Of a stretch of 64,000 bases of DNA, positions 27,265 to 41,740 are shown piece by piece. The DNA lies in assembly GCA_037447605.1 (NCBI GenBank), contig CM074813.1, positions 1,984,001 through 2,048,000 on the forward strand. Reading direction: 5' to 3'. Under the pieces are notes generated by a model. The model saw only the letters and a list, made by a program, of their open reading frames with translations, was not told the DNA's origin and did not search any database. Origin of the DNA: Zygnema circumcarinatum SAG 698-1b (lineage: Eukaryota; Plantae; Zygnematophyceae). A program made the position numbers and the translations under genes. Numbering within the stretch: the stretch's first letter is position 1; each line of letters starts with the position of its first letter.

Positions 27265-27306
27265 TTAGGGTTAGGGTTAGGGTTAGGGTTAGAATTAGGG
27301 TTAGGG
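27265..27306. repeat. Interstitial (TTAGGG)n array, telo-box-like
   Basis: Six TTAGGG units plus one TTAGAA, inside a putative short 5'-UTR intron (gtaagt at 27252 to cag at 27322). Confidence 0.9.
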
Positions 27307-27328
27307 GTGTGCTGCTGCTCCAGACGCC

Positions 27329-30300
27329 ATGATACTCGGTCTTGGAGACTACACATGGCTTCCTCCTTGCCATGGCTTCCTGCAGAAAAGCAGAGACACT
27401 CCTCCCCCGATGAAGGTGGGAGAGAGGAGCGAGCATTTCAAGCTGCAGCACTCGTACGCAAGATGTGCGTTGGAGGAGGGGGAGGCTGGGGAGGTCAGGA
27501 TGGCTTCGAATATTCTAGAGGACATGAATGTATTTCAGTTTGTTGGGAGCGTGCGCCATCTGCAAATGGATGCGTCGACGAGAGAGCTGCACGCGCGAAA
27601 GCATCCAGAAGAGGCTCCTGCTGGGAAGGGGAAGGAGGGGAGATGGAAGGGGAGGAGGTCTCAGGGAGGGAGAGCTGTAGGAGAGGGTGGCAGAAGAGAC
27701 AGCGGGGCTGTTGGACTGGGTGGGACGAAGGACGCGAACGCTCGAGACAATGGCGACTTTTCCAGGTGAGAAGAGATTGGGGTATGGGACGGGAAGAATG
27801 AGAAGATGGGAAGAGAAAAGAGTGAAAGAAGTAGGAGAGAGGCCAAGAGGATAGAGAGAGAGAGAGGAGAGGCAGGAGAGGGGAGTGGTTGTGAAAGGAA
27901 AGGAGCATGGAATTTTAGAGAAAAGTGAGATGGAGAGGACGGAGCAGGCGTGACTAGGTGGACATTGCGGGCGGATTGGAGCCAGGAACGAAGGTAAAAA
28001 AGGAGAGAAGGTTTGGGCAGTGTGGTGGAGAGGAGTGTGGAAAATTGCGTTGTTCAGAGATAGATGAACGAAGGGAAGAGTTTGTGTGTCTGTTAGACAG
28101 TGTGGGGGGGAGAACGAAAAGTAGCAGAAATAGTTTGTTGTAATGGAGCATCAAATAGTCTATCGAGAGTTCAGACTGGCGTATGTGAAGGAGGGCCAGA
28201 GTGAAATTCGTGTCAGTTGAATGTTGAGGTTTGGAATTGCATCCCTCTTTATCTTGGAGCATCCTCCCTGACACCTTTCCGTCCCTCAAACCCGAAAGTC
28301 TCCTGAGGACCCAACACGCCCTGCAGGTTGAAAGCGGGCAGCCGCACCTTCCAGGATACATGTCGCCTTCTGTTGGCGAAATGTGCACGGGAACGGAATT
28401 TGCAACTGGCCCTTTCCGTGTTGAAAGGCCTTCCCCATCCAGACATGCACTGCTACCGAGCCGTCATTGATTTGTGCGGGAAGTGCGGCGCCACAGAGAC
28501 GGCACTCACTGTCTACGAGGTGACAACCCTTATATCTCCTGAAGATCTCTCAAACCTTGCATCTTGTAGCTCTGAAGGAACCTTAGAAGCTTTGGCAGCC
28601 TTGTGAGCACTAAAACCTTTGCAATAATCAATGCACTGGAAAGTGGAAATGGATTTGGTGCATGAGCTGGGCTATTGCACTCTACAAGGTGATGTGATTG
28701 CTGCTAAATGATGTTTAGCTGTTTTCCTTCTTTTGTGGGGTTGGGAGCAGGACATGCTGGACGCTGGTGTGTCACCGAATGTGTTTGTGTACAACAGTTT
28801 GATGAATGTCCTCGTGCGCGACTGGGAGGCGGTGTGGGAGGTGTATGGCCACATGAGGGTCCGCACTGTTCCTTGCTTAGTTTAATGGAACGAAGTTAAA
28901 TGTGAAGTGTGAGCATGTGTTCAGTCAGAGGCTTCAGAGTTGTTCCCGGTGTGGAGATTGTGGAGCACAGGGAACCAAGAAAGGTCTAAGTCTTGTGTAC
29001 ATCCTTTCGGATGCTTTCACATACTCGCGAACACTCCTGCTCCTGCTCCTACTCCTACACCCACGTGTCTCACTTCTTTCCTTCAAGTCTCCCCCACGTT
29101 ACCCTCCTGCTATTCCTCCTAGTTCTGCTCCTCTCTGTCCTACTGCGACTACCTGACGAGTGAGGCTGAGGGGTGCAAAGCGGGATTAAGGAAGCGAGAA
29201 CACAGTCGCACACCCCAAAGCACTTCCCAAAGTCATCTTTACCCTCGCCCCTCTCTCCGACAGTGCAGCCACTGGGATACGGCAGCCCCCTCGCTCCTAT
29301 GTCTTCCCTCTCCTCCTTTGTCACTTTCCCCTCCGTACCCCTAAGAACCTTCAGAAACCTAAACCCCTGCAAGCCCCGCGTTCTGGCAGGCTGCAAGAGT
29401 GGAGCCGGACACCGCCTCCTTTGGCGTCCTCTTGAAGGCGTGTGCTCGCGCTGGGAGAACGCGAATGGCTGCTCGCATCTACCGCGATATGAAGAGGTGG
29501 GCAGCGGCAAGGGGCGGAGCACTGGATGTCATCTCCTACAGCTCTGTCATCCAGGTGGTGTCTGAACTCTGGAAGTTGAGGACATCTCTCGCAATCACTC
29601 TGACTTCCTGGTTCATTTCTTCCCTTATCTGTCAGTCAATCTCGCTGTTTTTTCTCACAGACTCACTCTTCATCTGCCCTCTCAAGCCATCTCTCAACTG
29701 CCCTTCCCGCCTCGTCCTTTCCTTTTCCGATTTACATCATTCTCCCACCTCCTGGCTTCCTGTTTTCCTTGCTTCCCCTCGCAGGTTCTTGTTGTTCAAA
29801 ATTTTGCATATAAAGAGGTGTCATGTGCTGCCAAAGACACAAGTGGGAATGCGGCTCCTATAGCCTTGAAACCACCTGAAACCATGGAATTCGAAAATCC
29901 CCTCAAAACCATAAAACTTCGAGATTTTTTCCTATGATCCTGTGTATTCTTAAAACCCGAAATTTTGAAACCATAAATAACCATCGGTTCTGAAAAGCGA
30001 TGTGGCAGGTCCTCGCCGAAGCGAAGGATTGGCAGGCAGCCCTTTCAGTGAAGGACGACATGGAGGCTGCGGGAGTAGAGCCGAATGTGGTGACATGGAC
30101 CTCTTTGATTCGAGCTTGTGGCAAGGCAGGATTGGTGGAACAGGCATTCCAGCTATTTGAGGAAATGCTGTTGGCTGAAACGGAACCAAACACTTTTACA
30201 TATAATACGCTTATAGATGCGTGCGCAGAAGCGGGCCAAGAGGAGCGAGCATTCGCTCTGCTGGAGGAGATGAAACGGGGGGGAAGGGGGAGGGAGGGGG

Positions 30301-33300
30301 GGAGGGCGAGGAAGGAGGAGAGCGTGGGAGGGGGGAGAAAGGGAAGAGGATGCAAAAATGTGGAGAGATCAACGGGAGGGGTGGAGAGTGTAGATGCTCG
30401 GATAGAGGGCGATTATGTCGAACTCGCTACCTCAAGTGTAAACCTAAATGAGGAGGGAGCAGGTCCTTTTCAAAGGCAAGAAGGGGAGGATCATTTTCCT
30501 GCTCTCTCCTTAGCAGCAGGTGTGCCCGTATGGTCCATGGAAGGAGATACGTTAGAGAGTCAGGATGGTCGTAGGAATGGGTTGAGAGAAGGCAGAAAGA
30601 ATTGCTCTCCAAACGAGGTGACGTACAATACATTGATGAAAGCATGCGGTGGATCTCCAAAGAGGGCAATGGCTCTCATGGAGGAGATGAAAGAATTAGG
30701 GTTACAGCCCAACCAGAAGAGCTGGTCGGCTTTACTAGACGCACATGGGACCTGCGGAGATCTGGCAGGGGCACTGCAGGTCTCTCTCTCCCTCTCCCTC
30801 TCCCTCTCCACCTCCCCCCTCCCTCATGACGTTAGTTGTACTTCTGCAAACTGAGATGCCAAAGGTACTGCCGGTCTTGCAGGTGTTTGAAGATATGCAA
30901 GAGCACGGGGTGCCTGCCGATGTGGTGACCTATACTGCTCTCATTAAGGTATTGATCCTCGTCCAATTTTTCGTCCAACTGCCTTAGATGTAATAACCAG
31001 AATGCTTAGAAATTGAAAATACTTTAAATTCTACAGTAGTGTACTCTAAAATTTGAACGCATTAACTGTTAAAAACTCTAAAAACGTAGTTGGGGTGTCA
31101 GGCTTGTGTTAGAGGAGGAGATGAAGATAAGGCTTACGACTTCCTGGACGAGATGAAGGCGGCTGGTGTTCGACCGAATCTGGTATGACAGAATGTGCAG
31201 ATTCTTGTGATTGCGATAGCTTACAGAAGAAGCTTCTCCTGTTTATGATTTTATGCTGAGGAATTTTGCATGCCTGAAGAGAAGAATCAGCTTTTTCGGT
31301 CCAGGTGACATACACCACTCTGCTTCGGCAGCCCCCTGGAGGCGGAGGGCTCCGAAGGGTTCAGCGAGCCCTGAATCTCTACCACGATATGCGTGCTGCA
31401 GGGTACAGCATGGCTCTCACTCCTTTTAGGATTTCTATTGGGGTTTCCTGCCATTATATAAGCTATCAGGTCCTCCAGAGCTTTATGGACTCCCTGATGC
31501 CATTTTTTGGACCTTTTGGGGTCACTAAGACTATCTCTCAGGAGGAGTGTTTGCAGAAGTTTTGAGGGTTAAAGGTATTCTAAGTGGCTGTTGCTGTATC
31601 GCTTCCATTGGTTCTGCTGATTTCAGAACTTAGGGCCTTTGTCTGCTTTGCTGCAGGTATGCGGCCAACGACCACCTTTTTAAAGGCCTTCTGGAGGAGT
31701 GGGCTGAAGGGGCCTTGCATGGCAATGCTCCGGGACAGAGGCAGGCGCAGCCTCTCTCTGAGAGGGCAGATTTTGGGTCACTCTATGAGTGGGGGGGGGA
31801 GAGAAGCGGTAGCGCTCTTGAAATTACGGAACGGCTCTTGGAAACCGTAGCACGGCACGACCATAGAACCCCAGCGGAGGATCTTCTTTCTGTTAACCTG
31901 CAGGGCCTGTCCAAGGTGCGGGGAGAGATTTAGAGTGTGGTGTATTGTGGTTTTCATAGGATTTTGGGTTATTTTGTATTCTTTTGGATTTTTCAGTTTT
32001 TTGGGGCTATTGGGGTTTGACTGTTGGAAAATGGTGAAGAAAGGTAGCAAACAGAGTGAATCTACTTTCAGAGGTACGGCAAAAGGACAATAAATTGGTT
32101 AGAAATCAACTAATGGTAACTGCTAACAGAAAGATGTTCTAAGCAGACATAAGTTGGGGAGATTGTAAGCAGGCGGAGGCTCGCACTGCGACTCTTTCTG
32201 TTCTTCGAATATTAAAGGAGCGCCACAAAAGTGGTGAGTTTTCTTCTTCTCAATGAAGCTCATGATCTCTCCACGCCACTCTCCTCTGTTACTCGCACTC
32301 TTTTCCTCCCCATTTCCTGACTTCTTTCTCTCTCCTTACCCTCTCTGTCTTCACTGCCATTTGTCTCGTCCTACTTGTTCCCACTCCCTTTCCTATTCTT
32401 TTCTCTTTCTCATGTCTGAGTGTCCCTCTCGCCTAATCCTTTTCCTGCCTCTCGTTTGGTTTCTCCCCCCCTCTCGTCATCCCCTTCTTCCCTCTCACTC
32501 GTCAACCCACTCGCCTGTTTCACCCCTCAGGCTTGTTTCTTTCTTCTTCCCTTCCCCCCCTCCTTCACGCTCACCTCTTGATTCTGTCTTCCTCGCGTTT
32601 TCCCTTTCTACCTCCTCCCATTCCCCGTGTCTCCCCTCTCACTCCCACGTCTCCCTTCCCCTGCTCACTCCCTTCCAATCCTCCTCATCCCCGCCTCCCC
32701 CTCTCGCCCCATTGTTTTTCCTCTGTCGCTCTGCTTTGGCATCTGCATTACATTTCAGCAATGCAGATTGAATTAGAATTATAAGCATATTTAGTATGCT
32801 AATACATGAGAGAGAGATGGGGAGAAAGAATATAAATGTACAGTATTTCACAGGTCGGACCATTAGATCGGCAACCATTGGACAACCCTTGGATGGCAAT
32901 GGTCGGACGTCCAATGGTTTGCAACCATTCATTCAAACGGTTGCCAGCCATTGGCATCCAATGGTTCTGAACCATTCGAATGTTTGTTTGGGTCCGGCGC
33001 CAATGGTTGCCAACCATTCGAATGGTTGGTCCAATGGTCCGACCTGTGAAAACTTTTAGGATTTCCAAAGTCGGTCTGCCGTCTGCCGTGTCAGCACGTG
33101 ATTCGTTCGAAACTTTGAACTTGTAGTAAAATTTCACAGGTTGGATCGGCAACCATTGGAGAACCGTTGGACGTCCAATGGTTCCGAACCAATCAAATGG
33201 TTGTTTGGGTCCGGCGCCAATGGTCCGGAACCATTTGAATGGTTGCCAACCATTGGCATCCAATGGTTCCGAACAATTCGAATGGTTGTTTCGGTCTGGC

Positions 33301-33812
33301 GCAAATGCTTCTCAACCAGTCGAATTGTTGATCCAATGGTCCGACCTGTGCAGTATTTACACCTGCTGAAATTTGCGATCATTAATTAACTCTCACATCT
33401 TTCTAATTCTCTGAGTTCAGGCGAGCAAGTGAAGGATGACCTGCTCATATCTACAGGCTCCAATGAGACCCCTGCCTCCTTGGATGTCCGAGGCGAAATT
33501 TTACATCTGCTGCGAGACGAACTCGGGTTACCAACCCTCGATGCTGCAGCGGAGAAAAATGAGGAAGATGAACTGAACCGGAGCAAAGGAGTGGAGCAAT
33601 CCTCAGCTATGAAGGACACTAATCTGGATACAGGTGCAAATAACTATCTGGGTGGGCCCGGCCTGAGAGTAAAGCCGAAGACAGGGGGCAAAGGCGGCGA
33701 GTTTGGTGGAAAACATGGTTCTGAGGAAGGGAACAGGAGGTACGAGGCAGCCATGGGAACACTCACTGTTCCCGCATCGGCTCTCGATGTGTGGCTGTCC
33801 AAACGGAAATAA
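27329..33812 (+). CDS. P-type PPR protein with C-terminal SMR-like domain, At5g02830-like (plastid), multi-exon
   Basis: PPR exons PDMHCYRAVIDLCGKCG, PNVFVYNSLMNV, PDTASFGVLLKAC, PNVVTWTSLIRACGKAGLVEQAFQLFEEML and PNEVTYNTLMKACG. Then NDHLFKGLLEEWAEG, VNLQGLSK|AEARTATLSVLRILKE, EILHLLRDELGL and ...WLSKRK*. The start codon is uncertain. Confidence 0.9.
32849..33350. mobile_element. Intronic MITE (hAT-like 8-bp TSD) built from two CCAATGG/CCATTGG-rich subunits
   Basis: CACAGGTCGGACCATT...AATGGTCCGACCTGTG flanked by CAGTATTT on both sides. Extra internal TIR copies at about 33031-33048 and 33135. Lies in the last intron of the PPR-SMR gene. Confidence 0.8.
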
Positions 33813-34764
33813 TTTGTTTAGAGATATGGGCAGTATAGGATTTACTTCTGTAAGTTAGAGGGGAGGTGTCACATGTGATTGGGTCAGAATTGACCTTTCA
33901 AATTTGTATTTAGGATAAGTTTAGCAGCTCTTTCAATGTCATACAATTATTGTGCTCCCTGATGCCAATACTGTACTGCATCTGAAGGCAAGCGTACGCT
34001 AAGCAGATGACTTGATAGCTGATAGTCACTGTAACATTCTAAAGAATCTGATAAAGGCCAGAGTTAACTAAATCATGCACATGGCAGAAGGGGTCAACCA
34101 ATGTAACAAAGACTCTGATTAATTATCTGAAGAGGTCACATTCACCATAATCACTGCGAGGTAACGAGCCTTGGAGGACTTTCTACACCTAAAAATCTGC
34201 AAGTGGCCAAGTAAGGCCACTATAAATACTAAATATTGACGTGATTTACTCTAAATCCTCTCAATCTACGAAGTATAAAATTCTTCATGTATTAATTTGG
34301 CATCTTTAGTGCAAGAGCACTTCATGTAAGAGCCCACCGGCTGAGCAGCCTTCAGGCCCGTTCTGATGTTTTGCCTTTCTCTTTCTCTTGGCTAGGCTTG
34401 CAAAGCCATTCCAATCCATTTGCGGCCTCACGGTCCTTCACCGCAGCAGTCCATACTTTGCTAAGTATCGATCGACAGCCAGTAGCCGTATTTTTGTGGT
34501 TAAACTTCCACGATTAAATCTCGCTTGGTTAAATTGGTCGCACAACAGGAAGTTCTGTACACATGTCGCTGTGTTAACTGTCTTCAGAACAACAATATTC
34601 TCGAACCACTTGACTTAAGAGGAGAGGGCACCTATCCTGCACGTGTAACCATAGAGGCTGTGCCATGCAGCAATTCTGAACTAAAATTTCTTCGAATTCA
34701 GACTACACCTCTGTACACGTCCATACAGCGCCTGCAAAAGGTTGCAGGGAAGGGAACTTCCCTT

Positions 34765-37700
34765 CTACGTCCACATGTGATACCTCTCTTCCTCCTCCGC
34801 TTCCGAATCTGAGCCCTCTGAGGAGGGCTGAAAGCCCGCCTGCTTCATCCACAGGGACCAGCGTGCAGCCTCCAGATAGTCCCCACTGCGGCGGAAGGCG
34901 GAGATCAGATTGCAAAATGTGATGCGGTCTGGTGACAGGCCCGCATCCTGCATATCCCGGAAGACCTGCATAACAGCAGAGAGGCCAATACTCGTGTGAG
35001 GTGAGAGAGGAAATAAAAAGGTTGAAGTGGGGGGAGAGCTAGGAGAGCAAAGTGAAGTGGACAATGGTATGAGTGACTTACTCTAACGGAGGCGAAAGGC
35101 ATTTGGAGCTCCCCATATACACCAATCAGTATATTGTAAGTCCAAATGTCGCGCCTCAAACCAGCCTGCTTCTGCCTCTCCAACACATTCTCCATTTCCG
35201 CCGCCATGTTGCCCATGCCATATGCATGGATCATGGAGTTGAAGCTGCGAATTGGGAGAGGGGGGGGGTTGTCAGATTTCAAATTATTATTTTGTGGTTT
35301 TCAAATTGTTTGAGGATTAAGCTGTTCCACTTACATGAAAGAATAAAGTTTAGGCTCTGCGTATCATAGAAACTGATTGTTTGTTTGTCTTATTGCAATA
35401 GGCATAACATCAATGCAGCAAAAGCGTGTATGATGCATGATGGATGAGCAAGGCAGCTGACCACATTGATCAATGACAGCGCTTCAGGTCTTAGGAACCA
35501 AGATCAGAGATAGAGAAGAGCGAGGGAGGGAGGGACAGCGAATAAGAGAGACGAAGGATACTGAAGGCGAGAGAGGGATAAAAACTGAGACGAGCAGAGA
35601 AGGACGGGAAAGAGGAAGGGAGGAAGACAAGGACAAAGAATGGAAAGGGAGGACGAGACCTGAAGGCCCACAAGGGCGCAGGAGAAGGGGGAGGGACAGG
35701 GAAGTACAATGAGGGAGTTAAAGTGCAGGGAGGAAACAAAAGTTTGCACAGAGGATCGGAGGTTGGAAAACGTGGGGCTTAGCGGGAAGTGAAACGCCGA
35801 GTGGGTCAAGGGGCAAAAAGTGGGAGGACGGGAGGCAAGGAGAGTGAGGACGAGAGAGAAAGTGAGAGAGGCGGCAAGGGAGTTCTACCTGAAAAGGTCA
35901 GGCTGCAGGCCATCCTCCTTCATCCGCAGCACTGCCTTCTCCATAGAGCCATACTCTTGCGCCTTCCCATACGCATCGATCATGGCGTTGTATACGCTGA
36001 CCGACAGTTTCATACCGTCACCTCGCACCTCCTCTACCAACTCTTCCATGCGGCTCAGTTCCCGCGCCTTTCCGTACATGTTCACCATGGTTGAACAACT
36101 AACGGCATCCATGCTCCCCTCGGCCTTCAACCTCTGCTCCATGACACAAAAGTCTTAAGGATTTTGGAGAGCTTTCCATTTTTGCAAAATTGACTTATTG
36201 GGAGCTTTCGAGAATTAAGGGTGTTCATGGGGTGGCTGGGAGTACACTGAGGGTACCCCAGGATTTTGGGCTACTGATTTTTGCATCAACTAGAGAATAT
36301 CTCAGGAAGAAGCAATGGCGAGCAGTGAATAAAAAAGTAAGGTGTGATGAATGAGGGCCCTTTAATTGGCTTCAGCATGTGATGTGCCTTGGCATAGGAT
36401 CGAATGGAAATTGAGGAAAATAAGCCAATTAGCACAAGCGCAGGTGGAGTTAAAGAGGGAGGGGGGAGGGGGGAGGGGAGAGGGAGGAATGGGGGAGGGG
36501 GAGAAATGAACGAGAGTAGGGAGGAATGGTAGAGGATATAGGGAGAGAAATGTGATGGAAGCACATAACATGGTCACTCAAAGCACGTGTCAAGGCCACA
36601 ATCACTAGGGCTGAAAACCCTAAAGACAAGTTACCCGGGCTCTCACTACACTGAATGGGGTGGTCCAGTGAGAACTCTCAGATTGAGACGATATATATCA
36701 ACAAAAAACATTAGGAAGTAGTCAGTATCCAGCGTACCTTAAAGAGCACTTCCGCCTCAGATGTGAACTCGTTTTTGATGAGTAGAGAAAGCACGAGATT
36801 GTGGGTAACCATGTTGGGTTGGAAGCCCTCTGCCTGCATGGCCCTGTACACGTGGAGGGTCTCCTCGAGGGGCAGCAGTTTGCCGCATGCGTTGATGACG
36901 GTATTGTAGGCGATCTGCCGGGCCACATCACCATGCACGCGTCAGCACTAGAGAGGGAGAGAGGAACAGGGTGGAAGAGCAGTGGAGAAGGGCGGAGAGG
37001 GAGGGAGGTGCTGCGGCAAGTGGGGAGAGAGGGGATTGGGATAGAAGAATGGACAAGGGAGGCGACATCGTGGAAGAAGGGTGGAGAGGGTGGAGAAGAA
37101 AGTTCAGGGGGGGGGGGGGTAGCGATAGAAAGGACAAAGGTTGGCAAAAGGGTTTGGGGGAGGAGGGGGGGGGGAAGAAAGAGACAAATGAAAAAGGGAG
37201 AGAGAGTGTGTCTGTGTGTGTGTGAGAGAGAGAGATTAAACCAACAAAAAGTGACAACACAAGATTACTGACTCGTTAAGTAAGCTTGAATATCCAAAAA
37301 AGGATACAAAACCTAACTGTTCCCCAATTTCAGCTCCTTCAAAGCCGGAACACATGTTCTGCTTCACAGCTTTCAGCAGTACATCCTCAGCTTAGAAAAT
37401 CGCACCTACTCCCACTTCGTTCCTCCCTCGGTCACTCTCCCCCTCTCCCCCTTCCCCTTCCATCTCACTCACCTCATCTAACACAATGCCAGTGTCTTGC
37501 ATTGTCCGATATGCTTCCATAGCCTTGTCAGCTTCTCCTGCTTTTTGAAAGGCCTTCAGCAGAAGTGTCCATGTCCGAGCTGTCGGTTGGATTCCGGCTG
37601 TTTGCATTGTCTGAAGAAGAAGTTCTACCTCTGCCCCCCTGCCCACCTGCTTGTAGGCGTTCATCATAGTGTTGTAGCAGACCTGCAAGTTTGCAAAAAC

Positions 37701-40700
37701 GTTTGTATATACTCAAAATTTTAGTTTACAAATATTCCTCAAAGTTCAAGTTCATTTAACAACAAACGAAATCGAATGAACAAAAAGAAACTGCAAAAAC
37801 GGTCTTGTAGCCGTGTCTTTTACCATGGCAGATATCCACTCTGAGATGTCGCGACTCAGATGCTTAATGTTTACAGGCCAAAGCAAGGTAAAGTAGAGAA
37901 CTCTGACTCACCGAGTCTAGCTCAAAACCCCTCTCTTTCATCTCCAAAAAGACAGCTTCTGCCTCCTCCACCTTCCCCAAATGGCCATACAAATCCATCA
38001 CCATATTTAAGGTGCCTTTTGAGGGTCGGTTTCCATCCGCCTTCATCGCAGCCAGGGCAGTCTCCACCCCTTCCAAATCCTTCCTATAGAAATGGTACGC
38101 AATTATTGACCTCCAAGTAATGTCGTCTAAGGCAATGTTTGCCTCATGCAACTCCTGAACATCAACTCCAACACCAAGGGTAAGAGCACCTTCACAATAA
38201 CCAACTAGTCCCAACAAACAAGTGAATTGGCATGAATCTCTTGAATGCTTGAAAAGAAGCAGCACCTTGGCAATCTGCAGCATCTCCTTTGGCATGGGGT
38301 GCTGCTTGTGGTAGCCTTGCATGAGGCCCCTAAGCTGCCATGCGGAGGGCTGCCATCCCATGGCTCTGAGGTCCATTAGGGTTTGGTCGACGGCTGCCCA
38401 CTGATCTATGGAGCACGAGCATGCTCTCAACACTGCGTCTATGAAAGCCTGCGCAGCTCCAACCCGCCTGTGTTTAGGAAGGGAGGAAAGGGAAGAACGG
38501 GAAAAAAGGGGGAGGATGGGAATGGGTGGAAGGGAGGGGAAGGTGAAGGGGGAGGGAGGGGGGGATAGGCGGAAGAAATTAAGAGGTGGCAAGAGGTTAG
38601 AATTTTGCGAGAAGGGGGGGGGAGAGGGGGAGGGGGAGGGGGAGGAGGAGACAGCAGGCTAACCTGATCCGGCATCACACCTGCAGACCGCATGTCTGCC
38701 AGAACAGACGCCACAGTTTCCATGCGTTGGCCTCGCCCAAAAGTCATCACTAAGTTCGCATAGGTGCGCAAGTTTGGTGGAGGTCCTGATTCCTGGAGAG
38801 GACCCATCATGCCCGGAAAAAGAATGTTTTTTTTCATGAAGCGAGCGAGCGATAAAGAAACAGGTGGAACGCATGACATGACGCATGTTAAAACACGTTC
38901 ACTTCAGTCGCCAATCACTGTATTCATGTCTTCCTCTAACAGTAAGAAAATGCTCCAGGTTTTAGGCTCATATTTTAAGTAAGGAAGCCTCACGCACCTT
39001 AAGCTCCCCATATAGTTGAGTCACATCATCAAGCATGAGTTCTGAGCCCAGCGAGCGGAGAAGATTGTTGTATAGAGCGATGTCCGGCCGTACTCCCCTC
39101 GCATTCATCTCATGAAGGAGCCCCACTGCCTCCTCCATGCGCTGTGCCGCTCCGTAGATCCCCACCATGATAGTGTATGTGATCACAGTCACCGAGGCGT
39201 CATATTCTGTACAACCGGATGGGTAAAGGGGGATCTCCATGTTTCAGAACCTTTTTGAAATGAATTCTCGCGTCTTGTATGGTGAAGTATGCAGCCAATG
39301 TTAACGTCAGGAAGTAGGTGGAAAAAGTTTCCCATAAGTTAACGAAAAACACTGAAGTTGAAAGCTGTTCTGTTCAAAATTGTATTTGTGAGTTACTAAT
39401 ACTATTCCTTCAAAACGGAAAGGAGACAACTGGAGAGAGTGAGAGGGAGGAAGTGTGAGAGGTAGAAGGAAAGAGGCTGACCATGGCGACGAGTAATCCA
39501 CTGGAAAAGCTCACTTGCAGCATCCACATTTCCTGTGAGCCCAAATGTTCTCAATGCAGCGTGGAATGTGAATATATCCATAGGCACATTCAGCTCCTCC
39601 ATTTCCCGCAATAGCCTCAGGGCTTTGTCGTGAAGCCCAGCCTTCAAGTACATATTTAACATTGAGTTGTATGGTGGGGTGAACCTGCGCAGCAGAATTA
39701 TATAAGCACCTTCTTCCCCTTCTTCAAACTACAACAAAAACCAAACCGTTAACTACATTTTTTTCAGAACACCACCAGATGGAAAACGTTTGTCCTTTTT
39801 GCATCTCGTTAAAGCTATTGAAGCGAATGAGGATTCAGATAGGGTTCTCTGAGTAGGATTACACCAACTGGTGGGTTTACCCCATATCAAGATATCCACT
39901 CACTTAATCCCTTGCGTATTCATCTGAACGAGAACCCTTTCCGCCGATGCTACCACCTTCAGAGAGGCTTCCCCGGTGTCTTGCGATTTCTGCAGCCCTG
40001 TCATCAAAGTCGTAAAGGCCTTCACTCCAGGCATTACTCCAAGACCCACCATTCGATCGAACGTAGTCAGGGCTAAGTCCACCTGCTTGGCCCTGACTTG
40101 CCCTAAGATGACAACTTCATATACAGAATCGCTTGGTAGTTGACTGCTGCTCTCAACCTGCTCCAAAATGGAGTCCACAACTCCCCACTGTTCGGCATCT
40201 CCAAGAATGCGGAACACATTTGCAAGAGCATCCATGTTTTCCCTTTCCATTCCATTCTGCTGCATCCACTGGAATATCTCTAAAGCTTTTTGCCAATCCT
40301 GCAGAACCCAGACGCCATCACGGGTGAGCGTAAGGGCAAGAGTCTGGGGTGGGCTGCGGAAAGGGAGAGCTTAGAGTTCGGGTGAGCGTTCGAACATCAG
40401 TCACAGTCAATCAAAGTGAAAATTAGGACAAGGCTAGGATCAAGACTCTGAGCTTGGCTCGAAACGATGTTAGAGATAAACGGTTATTGCCCGAGGGGCA
40501 AAATTCTGATAACTTAAACCGGAAAAAGTAATGAAGTTCATTCTGTATAATCCACAGAGAAAGGTCATAATAGAAACAAACCGTGCTTAAACTTCAACAT
40601 CATAATTTACTACAAACAACAACAAAAATAAATCAAATATACTCTTACATGCATAGCCTTTGATCTTCAGACTGAGAGAACAGCCCAAACCCTAAAAATC

Positions 40701-41740
40701 GTTTGAACAGATAACGAATTGAAAAAAGAAAAAAAATCCAAAATGCGAGTGACTGCAGATTTCCACATTCTTCTAACCTGCTGTCTCGAAATAATTGTTG
40801 CCAAATCCATGGCTCCGAGCTTCTGACACCGCTGTTCCATGACAACTTTCAAGTCCGAACCATCCGGAAGGTTTCGAATAAATCCAATAAGTTGCAACAG
40901 CTGTCGAGACCCGAGTCTTGGAAGCTTCTCGGGAGCTTCCTCGGGTTTCTCCTGAGACTCGAGAATTCCCAGCCTTACAGCCTCTGCCGATCCTTTGTCG
41001 ACCAGCCCTTTGTTGTGCATAATGCGGCTATTTCTGGGTCCAAAAGTCGGCGTTTCTATGTCCGAATTCCTCCGTGGAACTTGGACCTGTTCTAGATCAA
41101 GCGATCTTTCCCAAGAGTGTTTTTTTGAAGCCAGATCGCCAGCATAAGTAGCAGTCCCAGTGTCTCTGCTCTGCCCTAAAACGCTTCTCCGCTCTCCCTC
41201 TCTCCCTCCACCACCCTTCCTCTCCGCATTCTCTGACCGCCGCCAGCTCTTCCCATCTACCTGCTGCTGCTGCTGCTGCCCGCCGTTAGCCCGAATCTCC
41301 TGCCCCCTAACCCTAATCGCTGTACTTCGTTTTCCCCTGAAATACCCTGCAGGCTGTCGTTCCGAGAAATCCGGACAGCCTTCCACGTGCTCCTCTGCAT
41401 CCGTGAAGCCTCGCTCGTTCACCATGGCTTCCGCACAAATCATCAAGGGGCCCCCATGCTTCCTCCCTTGAGCCACAGCCCTCTCCGAGCTCGCCTCAGT
41501 CGCAGCAGCACACTTCACCTTGGAGCATACCGCCTTCTGAAAGCAATGATTTGAGCTTGTCAATCTTCTGGAGCTTCCGGAAGAAGCCCTCGCGATCTGG
41601 CAAGGCGACGCGACGCGCTTGAGATGCTCCACCATAGCGGCCTCGCTGACGATCGGGGAAAGAAAATTAGCGGGGCTGCCGCAGGCCGCCATGGCGGCCG
41701 CTCCTCCCCCGGTCGACAGGAGGCTGTGCGCCATGGCCAT
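34765..41740 (-). CDS. BFA2: P-type PPR protein, At4g30825/BFA2-like (plastid), multi-exon
   Basis: Transit-like N-terminus MAMAHSLLS... and many PPR exons, including YNTVINACGKLLPLEE, YNAMIDAYGK and WTYNILIGVYGE. The C-terminus PDRITFCNLISAFRRSGDYLEAARWSLWMKQAG recalls the At4g30825 ending. Orthology rests on recalled motifs. Confidence 0.85.
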
